Below are positions 1 through 7,162 of a stretch of 64,000 nt of DNA, one piece after another (position 1 is the first letter of the stretch; every line of letters begins with the position of its first letter). Both the position numbers and the translations under genes were made by a program. Source of the stretch: an uncultured Verrucomicrobiota bacterium (GTDB lineage: Bacteria; Verrucomicrobiota; Verrucomicrobiia; Limisphaerales; UBA9464). The notes below the pieces were generated by a model. That model searched no databases. It was not told the DNA's origin and was given only the letters and a program-made list of their open reading frames with translations. The DNA lies in NCBI GenBank assembly GCA_903835555.1, contig CAILNN010000134.1, positions 13,182 through 77,181 of the forward strand, written 5' to 3'.

Positions 1-334
1 ACACCCCAGTCACAACTTCATGCACGCGTCCGGATAACCGACCGAGAAACCCCCGGGCCATTTCCGGATCAGCCGGTTTTCCCAACAGCTGACCATCCAG
101 GAAAACCAGCGTGTCCGCGCCTAGGACCAAGTGAGTGGGATGGCGCTCTGCTACAGCAATGGCCTTCCGCTGAGCATTAAGCTCACACAGACGACGCGGC
201 CCTTGGCTCATATCCTCCAGTTCGGTGGCAAAGCTGGAAACAATGGCAAAGTCGGACACCAATTGACGAAGCAGTTCCACCCGCCGAGGTGATTGCGACG
301 CCAGAACGATGGAAAGGTCGGTAATCGGCTGCAT
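1..334 (-). CDS. maf: Maf-like nucleoside triphosphate pyrophosphatase, N-terminal part (3' end runs off the window)
   Basis: My own reverse-strand translation from ATG 334-332 reads MQPITDLSIVLASQSPRRVELLRQL...LVLGADTLVFLDGQLLGKPADPEMARGFLGRLSGRVHEVVTGV. The LASxSPRR and GADT..KP..LSGR.H.V.TG motifs are the Maf signature. The ORF is absent from the track because no stop codon lies in the window. Confidence 0.85.
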   Translation of the reverse strand, partial: MQPITDLSIVLASQSPRRVELLRQLVSDFAIVSSFATELEDMSQGPRRLCELNAQRKAIAVAERHPTHLVLGADTLVFLDGQLLGKPADPEMARGFLGRLSGRVHEVVTGV

Positions 335-409
335 GTTAGGGGCAAGGGTTCGCTGAACGTATTCAGTCGACTTGAGAAAAAGTGTCAGGGTTATTTTCCG
401 AATAACAGC

Positions 410-502
410 TTTTCCACTGACTCGCAAGATTCACCCGTAAACTATTGACGCAAAGCGACATCGGTAGGGCGAGGCTCCGTCGAGCCGATGGCGGTCCAAA
501 CC
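410..502 (+). repeat. Dispersed repeat family R1, copy A (core ATCGGTAGGGCGAGGCTCCGTCGAGCCG...GGTCCAAAC)
   Basis: About 90 nt align by eye with 54516-54607, and the core with 57705-57773, all in the same orientation. It sits in the intergenic region between maf and the AGE gene. Confidence 0.6.
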
Positions 503-655
503 ATGTCTACCGCGCAAACCATTCCTCGCCTGATCCCGAACGCCACGGGTCGGATGCCGTCGCGGGAAAAGACCATCCCGGTCAAACGGCCAAAGCCTAG
601 CTATCTACAAACATTCCTCAAGTGAGGCTGGGGCAACAACGCCGGAGTACCTTCT

Positions 656-693
656 AAAAGGAAGCCAAAGGCTTCCCAGCCTATAGCCGGTGG
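656..693 (+). repeat. Short repeat family R2, copy 1 (AAGCCA..GGCTTCCCAGCC.ATAGCCGGTGG)
   Basis: About 31 of 37 nt match 2274-2310 in direct orientation. It lies downstream of the AGE gene stop. Confidence 0.45.
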
Positions 694-830
694 TTGAGCG
701 CAGCGATACCACCGGATCACGGGTCCGCCCTCGGTCAGTACCCCGGTAGGGGTGCGACCCAATCGAGCCCACGCCAAGCCCTCATAACCTGAAGCTTGTG
801 ATTTCGGTGCGCACATCGTGGAAAACAGAA

Positions 831-2135
831 TTACCGCTTGGGATCAAACGCATCAACAAACATCAACATCCCCCGCACATCGTGGTAATTTGCCTTCCAA
901 CTGTGGGCTTTTCGCGAATCTCGTGGCATGCCATCCGAAGTGACCGTATCGACCCAAATCCCGTCCTTCGGTTCCGTTTGGTAGCGGTCGACAAATTGGA
1001 TCAGTTGATGAAGGGCCTTCGCATAGATAGGCGTCGCGTCCTTTTGCTGAACTCCTTCCGTCAGCGCCGCTAGCATCTCCGCCTGGACCCACCAGACTTT
1101 GGCGGTGTCATTCGCCGGTTCAATGCCAACTCCCCGGTTGTAAACTCCCCCCAGCTTGGCATCCCAGCCGTGGGCTAACGCATGGTCGAGGTGCGCTCGG
1201 AAATGCGTCCACGATGGTGCGCGGCCAAGGGCACGTTCGGCGCGCACCATCAGCCAGGCGAATTCGACATTGTGCCCGTAGCTCAATCCGGAGCTTCCAG
1301 CATCGGTAACCAACGTCCAATCGGGTCGGAAATGAAAGGAAGCGTGACTGGCATCCAGCGGATAGAAATAGGTCTGGTTCAGTCGCAGGGCCTCTTCCAG
1401 CGAAACCTTAACATCCGGATCGTGAGTTTCCGAGTAAAGTTCGGTGAGCGCTTCCATCAGGTGGAGGTGAGAATTAGCACTCTTAAACCCAGCAATCTCG
1501 ACGATCGCATTGGGATCGCGTTCGGGAAGCGGTGTCCAATCCGCCTCGAAGTGTTCCATCCATCCGGCATGGGCGACATCATGTGCATGGCGTTGAAGAT
1601 CATGATAAAGCGCCATCGCATCGGTTAGCGATTGGGCATCACCGCTGGCTCGATGATACTCCACCAAGGCGTAGATGACGAAGGCTTGGCCATACAGCAG
1701 TTTGCGCCGATTCTGCGGATGCCCTGCCAGGTCGGTGGTGAAATAGTAGCCCCCGTGCGTGGGATCGAGGAAATGCTGGCGAAGGAAACGAACACCATCG
1801 GTAGCGGCGGCCAGATAATCATGGGTGACCGGTAAACCCGCCATTGGACGCCCAAGACCACTTCGGTGCGCCAGGGAAAATCCCCAGACCATTCGAGCCT
1901 GAGTGACCAACTGCTTTTCCGATGGCGTGCACCGACCGGTGACTGCGTCATCGCAGAGCAAATAGCCCCCATTAGTCGTGTCCCGGGTGGTTTCGAGCCA
2001 ATACGGCAGCACCCGATTCCGTAAATTCTCCCGGTAGCGGCTGGCATCGGCGGTGAATTCGCCAGCGCAGAGTTGACAGAACGCAACCCCGGCGAGCAAC
2101 GACAAGCAACCAAACAACCGAAGACGCGAGGACAT
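831..2135 (-). CDS. Secreted AGE-family (N-acylglucosamine 2-epimerase-like, alpha/alpha-6 barrel) epimerase/isomerase
   Basis: 434-aa ORF. The N-terminus MSSRLRLFGCLSLLAGVAFCQLCA looks like a signal peptide. AGE-type motifs are LPYWLETTRDTTNGGYLL, QARMVWGFSLAH, GGYYFTTD, LYGQAFVIYALVEYH and YGHNVEFAWLM. Confidence 0.65.
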   Translation of the reverse strand: MSSRLRLFGCLSLLAGVAFCQLCAGEFTADASRYRENLRNRVLPYWLETTRDTTNGGYLLCDDAVTGRCTPSEKQLVTQARMVWGFSLAHRSGLGRPMAGLPVTHDYLAAATDGVRFLRQHFLDPTHGGYYFTTDLAGHPQNRRKLLYGQAFVIYALVEYHRASGDAQSLTDAMALYHDLQRHAHDVAHAGWMEHFEADWTPLPERDPNAIVEIAGFKSANSHLHLMEALTELYSETHDPDVKVSLEEALRLNQTYFYPLDASHASFHFRPDWTLVTDAGSSGLSYGHNVEFAWLMVRAERALGRAPSWTHFRAHLDHALAHGWDAKLGGVYNRGVGIEPANDTAKVWWVQAEMLAALTEGVQQKDATPIYAKALHQLIQFVDRYQTEPKDGIWVDTVTSDGMPRDSRKAHSWKANYHDVRGMLMFVDAFDPKR

Positions 2136-2273
2136 GGCGCGGATTTACCCATTTGCACGACTTTTCTCCAAGCGAGAATTCGGGATTGCGGCCCGTGAAG
2201 TGGTAAACCAAGAGACGACGTCAATGCGATTGAATGAATACTATTTCGTTTTTTCCCAAGGCCAAAGGCCGTT

Positions 2274-2310
2274 CAAAGAAGCCAGCGGCTTCCCAGCCAG
2301 TAGCCGGTGG
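2274..2310 (+). repeat. Short repeat family R2, copy 2
   Basis: CAAAGAAGCCAGCGGCTTCCCAGCCAGTAGCCGGTGG matches 656-693. It lies between the AGE gene start and the hydrolase stop. Confidence 0.45.
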
Positions 2311-2334
2311 TATCAATGCACCAAAGCACCAGCC

Positions 2335-3414
2335 CTACCGCCCAATCTGCCCCAAAAACGCAGCAAAATCGTCTTTCCAGACCGCTGCGATCGTGTGCGT
2401 GCCGTGCCCGCGCGTCTGATCGGTCAGCGGGTAGATGATCGATTTCCCGTGCGGAACCCGGTGAGTTTCTTTTTCCAAAATCCCCAACTCCGGCGGGTTA
2501 ATCAAGTCGTCGGCGAAATTAAGAGCTAGCAACGGTGCTTGAATGGCCTCCAAACGCGGACCCGGATCGTAATCTTCAGAAGCACGAAGTGCATACAAGA
2601 CATCATTGGCGTCCATCTTTTGATAGGAATCAGTGACCGACTTGTCCAGCTGCTCATCGGCCTCCTTTAAGGTGGATGCCTGCTTCCAGCGCTGGAGCGG
2701 ATTGCTACCCATGAAATACAGGACCTCGGCGGCGACCTTGAGTCCCTGGGGCTGACGCGTGTACTCGCCGCCGTGCCATTCGGGATCATTCTGAATAGAG
2801 TCGATAATCATGCGTCGCCAAACCCGGTTGCGTCCGGAAATCTGAGTCGGCAGGCTGGCCAACGGAACCAAGGCGTCCATAAAGTCGGGATGCAATTCGC
2901 CCCATAGCCAGGTGTGCATGCCGCCCATGGAGGTGCCGATAACCACACGCAAATGATTTACTTTGAGGCCCTCGGTTAGCAGCCGGTATTGGGCTTCCAC
3001 CATGTCGCGATAGCCGTAATGGGGAAACTTGGCATGAAGCCCTTGGCTTGGTTTGGAAGAATCGCCATGGCCGATCCCATCGGGCAGTATCAGGTAATAA
3101 CGGTTGGAGTCGAGTAACTGGCCAGCCCCGAAAAGTTGGCCTGAGAATTCCGGGCGCAGGAATTGAGCTCCACTTCCAGTTGTTCCGTGCAAGATGATGA
3201 TCGCATTGGTTACCTGACCACTGCTGTCCCGTCCGGGAACGCCGAAAGTGCGGTAGTGAATTTTCAGTTCCGGAAGGGATTCCCCGGATTGAAACCTAAA
3301 GTTTCCAAATACCACATCCCCGGATGCAGGTACCAAAGCTTCCGCACCTTGCACTCCCGTCCATCGGCATACGCCCAGGAACAAGAACAACAGAAGTAAG
3401 ACTCGGGGCTTCAT
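2335..3414 (-). CDS. Secreted alpha/beta-fold hydrolase (homoserine O-acetyltransferase/MetX-like fold)
   Basis: 359 aa. Signal peptide MKPRVLLLLFLFLGVCRWTGVQGA. Nucleophile elbow GTSMGG. The ILHGTTGSG and YYLILPDGIGHGDSSKP regions are typical of the MetX-like esterase family. Confidence 0.7.
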   Translation of the reverse strand: MKPRVLLLLFLFLGVCRWTGVQGAEALVPASGDVVFGNFRFQSGESLPELKIHYRTFGVPGRDSSGQVTNAIIILHGTTGSGAQFLRPEFSGQLFGAGQLLDSNRYYLILPDGIGHGDSSKPSQGLHAKFPHYGYRDMVEAQYRLLTEGLKVNHLRVVIGTSMGGMHTWLWGELHPDFMDALVPLASLPTQISGRNRVWRRMIIDSIQNDPEWHGGEYTRQPQGLKVAAEVLYFMGSNPLQRWKQASTLKEADEQLDKSVTDSYQKMDANDVLYALRASEDYDPGPRLEAIQAPLLALNFADDLINPPELGILEKETHRVPHGKSIIYPLTDQTRGHGTHTIAAVWKDDFAAFLGQIGR

Positions 3415-3417
3415 CCT

Positions 3418-3583
3418 TAGGCCATGTTTTCAAAATGGCTTTGTCTGTATGCGCCAGCCAAAACAGGCGGGGGCGAGGCACGACGAGGGAGCATATTGCG
3501 ACGAAATACGTGACCGAGGAGCAACGAAGCCCCCGCCTGTTTTGGCCAGCAGATAGGCAAATGCATTTTGAAAACACAGCCTA
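3418..3583. mobile_element. 166-bp palindromic MITE-like element filling the intergenic gap
   Basis: The left arm 3418-3474 (TAGGCCATGTTTTCAAAATG...CCAAAACAGGCGGGGGC) is an imperfect inverted repeat of the right arm 3529-3583 (GCCCCCGCCTGTTTTGG...CATTTTGAAAACACAGCCTA). About 46 of 57 positions pair, including a perfect 18-bp inner stem. There is no ORF inside. The right half recurs at 56717-56786. Confidence 0.55.
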
Positions 3584-3585
3584 AC

Positions 3586-4797
3586 TCAATTCTTCTTCTT
3601 TTTTGATGAATTGACCTTCGGATTGGCCGGACGAACAGGAAGTGAATCGAGGAATTTATCCAAATCTTCCTGCGACGTCAGTTTTGGGGTCAGCAGGGCT
3701 TTCTCGCGTTCCTCGGGTGTCAGCGCCGCTAGTTCCTGGGGAGCGGCAATGATGGTGGGGGTTAGGAAGATCATCAGCTCGGTCTTGACCTTCGACTTGA
3801 TGGTCCGCTTAAACGCCTGACCCAGCCAGGGAATATCGCCCAACAACGGGACCTTGCTTTCCGACTCACTGATGTCGGTTTGCATCAAACCGCCAATGAT
3901 GACGGTTTGACGGTCCGGAACCACCGCCACGGTATCGGCGTACCGCGAATTGATCACCGGTGCCGACGCACCGGAGGAAATGGGAACCCATTGCGATTGA
4001 TCTGCGAGCGACGAAGTCTCCGGATGAACAATCATTTCCACCATGCCGTCGCTGGTAATGAATGGCGTCACTTGTAGAATAATCCCGACGTTTTGATACG
4101 TGACCGTGTTGATTTGGCCATTTACCGCATCAAATCGGGTATTGCTGACCAGAGGAACTTGCTGACCCAAACTGATGGTCGCCGGTTGATTGTTTCGGGC
4201 CAGAATCGAAGGACGAGAAAGGACCTCCGCTTTTCCCGCTGTGGCAATGGCGCGCACGGCCACCTGATAGTCGGCTCCAAGAATCTGGTAAACTCCCGAA
4301 CCGGGCGGGACCGGCGTAAATTTCTGCACGTTTTGGCCCAAGGCATTCAGGGTGGCGTTGGACGAGGCGCTGCCCAATCCACCGGTTCCAAAAACATTGG
4401 CCACGGAACTGGTTGCGCCACCACCAAAGCCTCGGGCAACGCCGCCTTCCACTCCAACATCGGAAGTGTTGTTGTGGGTGATCTCGAGGAACACCACTTT
4501 GATGAGCACCTGGGGCCGAGGGTGATCCAACCTCTTGATCACTTCACCGATCTTCATGTTGGTATCTTCGTCGGTGACAACGATGACTTTCCGCGTTTCC
4601 GGGTCGATGGAAATCACGGCGTCGCCCACCAGGGTGTTGTTCGGGTAATCCCGAGTGCTCACACCGGAGGTACCCGTGGATCGTTGACCTTGACCGCCAC
4701 CGCCGCCGACTCCCTGAGCCTGTGCCCGTATTCCGCTCATCACCAGCCATCCGGCAATGCACGACGCCAATAGGCGACTAAATCCGTAAGTTTTCAT
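3586..4797 (-). CDS. gspD: T2SS secretin, C-terminal piece (half N-domain plus secretin core) with its own signal peptide
   Basis: The track ORF 3586..4803 starts on TTG. The ATG at 4797 gives MKTYGFSRLLASCIAGWLVMSGIRAQAQ. The secretin core runs PQVLIKVVFLEITHN...VLSRPSILARNNQPATISLGQQVP...VPLLGDIPWLGQAFK...ELMIFLTPTII. Confidence 0.85.
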   Translation of the reverse strand: MKTYGFSRLLASCIAGWLVMSGIRAQAQGVGGGGGQGQRSTGTSGVSTRDYPNNTLVGDAVISIDPETRKVIVVTDEDTNMKIGEVIKRLDHPRPQVLIKVVFLEITHNNTSDVGVEGGVARGFGGGATSSVANVFGTGGLGSASSNATLNALGQNVQKFTPVPPGSGVYQILGADYQVAVRAIATAGKAEVLSRPSILARNNQPATISLGQQVPLVSNTRFDAVNGQINTVTYQNVGIILQVTPFITSDGMVEMIVHPETSSLADQSQWVPISSGASAPVINSRYADTVAVVPDRQTVIIGGLMQTDISESESKVPLLGDIPWLGQAFKRTIKSKVKTELMIFLTPTIIAAPQELAALTPEEREKALLTPKLTSQEDLDKFLDSLPVRPANPKVNSSKKKKN

Positions 4798-4839
4798 ATT
4801 CAAATCTTTTTCTGAAACAATGCCTGTCGGGTGCTTTGC

Positions 4840-6399
4840 CTAATTGCCGCGTCCAATGCCGCCACCGCCGCCGCCGTTTCCAGAGCCGGTGCCAAGAGCG
4901 GAACCGCCAGTTCGGCTGCCGCTGGTGGTTGAGTTTTGTGAATTGGCGGACCGTGTGGACAGCGCACTCGTCTGGGTCGTGGTCGTCCGATTTCGGTTCT
5001 GATTCTGTGAATTCTCAAACAAGTTGCGGAGAACATCCTGGACCTGCACCGGATCAGCGTTTTGCAGGTCGTAAACGAAGACCTTCTGCTTTCGGGCGGG
5101 GTTGTTATCCAATTGTTCCACCATCGCCTGAATCTGGCCCATCAGGGCGTGAGCAGCGCTGACAATAACCGAGCTGGTCCGCGGATCGGCAACCGCGAGA
5201 ACTCGGGTCTTTTTCTTGGACATCGAACTCGTGTCACTCGTCGAGCCCCCACCCATGGCGCCTCCGCCGAATGGACCGCCGCCGAAACGGAACTGGCCAC
5301 GGGAATTGTCCGTCGTCTTGGTATCGTCTGGGAAAAGTCCACTCAAAATGGTCGCCATTTCCGATGGGTCGGCATATTTCAGCCGGAATACGCGCAATTC
5401 GGTGACATCTTGAATATTGGTATCCACGTTTCGGATGATTTCCTCAATGGAGGGCATGACATCCTCAGGAGCGTTGACCACCACTGAATTGCTGTGCTCG
5501 TCTGCGACAGCAATGACTTTCGCCGCGCTGGTTCGAGTTGGAGTGGCCGGTGTCCCCCCGCCGCCGCCACCACCGCCGAATCCACCCGGAAATCCGGGAA
5601 AACCACCACCGCCCCCCCGTCCGCCGTTGCGGTTGTTAGCGGAGGTGTCGGTCGAAGGAAATAAATCTTTCAATACCGATGCAACCTCCTTGGAATCTGC
5701 GTACTGCAACTGGAACACCCGAATCGAATTGGCACCGGTGGCGGAGTTATCCAATGCCCGGATGATTTCCGTGATGTGGCGGACACTGGTCTCGGTGTCG
5801 GTCATGATCAACGAGTTGCCCGCTTCGTTGGCAGTTAAATTGGCCTCGGATGGCAACAACGGCTTCAGATTCTCCGTCAATTGGGCTGCGTTAATGTATC
5901 GGATGGGGATGATTTGGGTGACCATTCCATCCGAACGGGGAATTCGCACCGGATCATTTCCAGTTTTCACGGGAATCTCCCGACGACGGGCGGCTTCCTT
6001 GCCCACAATGGTCAGCGTGCGCCCGTTCCGCAGGGCGGCGTATCCGTTCTTATTCAGGGCGGAATTGAGGATTTCCAGGGCCTCCTCCTGGCTGACCGGT
6101 TGGTTGCTCCACACGTCGATTTTTCCCTTCACCTCGGTTTCCAGCACGATGATGAATCCGGCTGCTTCGCTCAGGTAATTCAGCACCGTCTCCAAGGGAG
6201 CACCCCGGAAGTTCAGGCGTAATTCGCCGGGCGGGAGGTTGGATTCGCCGTTTCCAGACTCTGCTTTGGCAGTATCGGCTCGGGTCGGGACTGTTTCCGG
6301 AGTCGCCGCTGTTGCCTTATCCTGGGCCTGGAGGCGGCTGTTTGAAGCCAATGCCAAGCCAACGGTAACTAGCCCCAGGTAAATCGCTTTATTTTTCAT
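4840..6399 (-). CDS. gspD: T2SS secretin, N-terminal piece (signal peptide, N0, three and a half secretin_N repeats, no pore domain)
   Basis: 519 aa. Signal peptide MKNKAIYLGLVTVGLALASNSRLQA. N0-like LRLNFRGAPLETVLNYLSEAAGFIIV. Repeats follow the pattern xxRVFxLxYADxxE...V.AD..SNS..V.A (IPIRYINAAQL, IRVFQLQYADSKEV, LRVFRLKYADPSEM, KVFVYDLQNADPVQV). The ORF ends in a Gly-rich tail followed by TAG. Confidence 0.85.
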   Translation of the reverse strand: MKNKAIYLGLVTVGLALASNSRLQAQDKATAATPETVPTRADTAKAESGNGESNLPPGELRLNFRGAPLETVLNYLSEAAGFIIVLETEVKGKIDVWSNQPVSQEEALEILNSALNKNGYAALRNGRTLTIVGKEAARRREIPVKTGNDPVRIPRSDGMVTQIIPIRYINAAQLTENLKPLLPSEANLTANEAGNSLIMTDTETSVRHITEIIRALDNSATGANSIRVFQLQYADSKEVASVLKDLFPSTDTSANNRNGGRGGGGGFPGFPGGFGGGGGGGGTPATPTRTSAAKVIAVADEHSNSVVVNAPEDVMPSIEEIIRNVDTNIQDVTELRVFRLKYADPSEMATILSGLFPDDTKTTDNSRGQFRFGGGPFGGGAMGGGSTSDTSSMSKKKTRVLAVADPRTSSVIVSAAHALMGQIQAMVEQLDNNPARKQKVFVYDLQNADPVQVQDVLRNLFENSQNQNRNRTTTTQTSALSTRSANSQNSTTSGSRTGGSALGTGSGNGGGGGGIGRGN

Positions 6400-7162
6400 T
6401 TTTCAGCTCCTTTTCCCGCTTTTCCAACAAACGTTTTAAAATGTCACTTTCACCGCCGCCGCCCGAGTCCGAGGACGAACTTTCGCTCTTCTCGGATTTA
6501 TCCCCCTTGGAGGATGCAACTTCAAACCCTCCTGGGCTCGAGGTCTGCTGCCATTCGCCTTCTTCTTCGCGCTGCATGCCAGCCCCTACCTTGAGGGAAA
6601 TGGTATTGGTCCCAACCTGAATCTTGGCCCCGTCTTGGGTGATGGCTTTGACTTCAAATCCGGCTACCTTTTCACCCAGCTTCACACTCTTGCGATAGCT
6701 GCTTTCCGAGCCGTCAAAAAAAGCAAATGTTCCCTTGTAGTAAATCATCGTTCCCACCAAGGCGAACTTGTCGACTTTTGCCTTTTTCGGGCGTTCCCGG
6801 TTTTCCTCCCTGGAGGAAGACCGGGTGCGCGACGGACTAAAAATATTTCTGTCATTGATGATCTTGAAGGCCCCGTAGCTGAATTCATCGACGACGGCCA
6901 CGGTATTGGTTTGCACAACGCTGCCCTGTTTCCTCCCGGTTCCAGCCAACGAATTGGTTCCCACGGCGGCGGTTGCGTTAGTGACGGAGACGGCACGGAT
7001 ACTGTTCGTTGGTGCCGCCAGCCCGCTGGCTCCGTTGGTCGAGGAGGTTGCCGTGGAAGTTTCGGCTCCATACGCTGCCCCGACCAGAACAGCAACGCCG
7101 ACTATGACCGCCAGCGCGGCAGATGGACGTTCAATCAAGTCGGAGGAAAGTAGACTCTTCAT
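6389..7162 (-). CDS. Putative GspC/PilP-like periplasmic linker protein
   Basis: 257 aa with an N-terminal TM segment (AALAVIVGVAVLVGAAYG), a Ser/Thr-rich linker, IINDRNIFSP, and a small beta-domain (FALVGTMIYYKGTFAFFDGS...GEKVAGFEVKAITQDGAKIQ). It occupies the same position and has the same architecture as 25066..25779 in locus 2. The start makes an ATGA overlap with the upstream gene. Confidence 0.45.
   Translation of the reverse strand: MKSLLSSDLIERPSAALAVIVGVAVLVGAAYGAETSTATSSTNGASGLAAPTNSIRAVSVTNATAAVGTNSLAGTGRKQGSVVQTNTVAVVDEFSYGAFKIINDRNIFSPSRTRSSSREENRERPKKAKVDKFALVGTMIYYKGTFAFFDGSESSYRKSVKLGEKVAGFEVKAITQDGAKIQVGTNTISLKVGAGMQREEEGEWQQTSSPGGFEVASSKGDKSEKSESSSSDSGGGGESDILKRLLEKREKELKNEK

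Noticed and set aside
4840-4842. Genome-wide reassignment of TAG as an explanation for the in-frame stop in the secretin.
   Set aside because: TAG closes ftsY at 44599-44601 exactly where the family ends, so TAG is a functional stop in this genome. Local read-through remains possible but cannot be judged from sequence.
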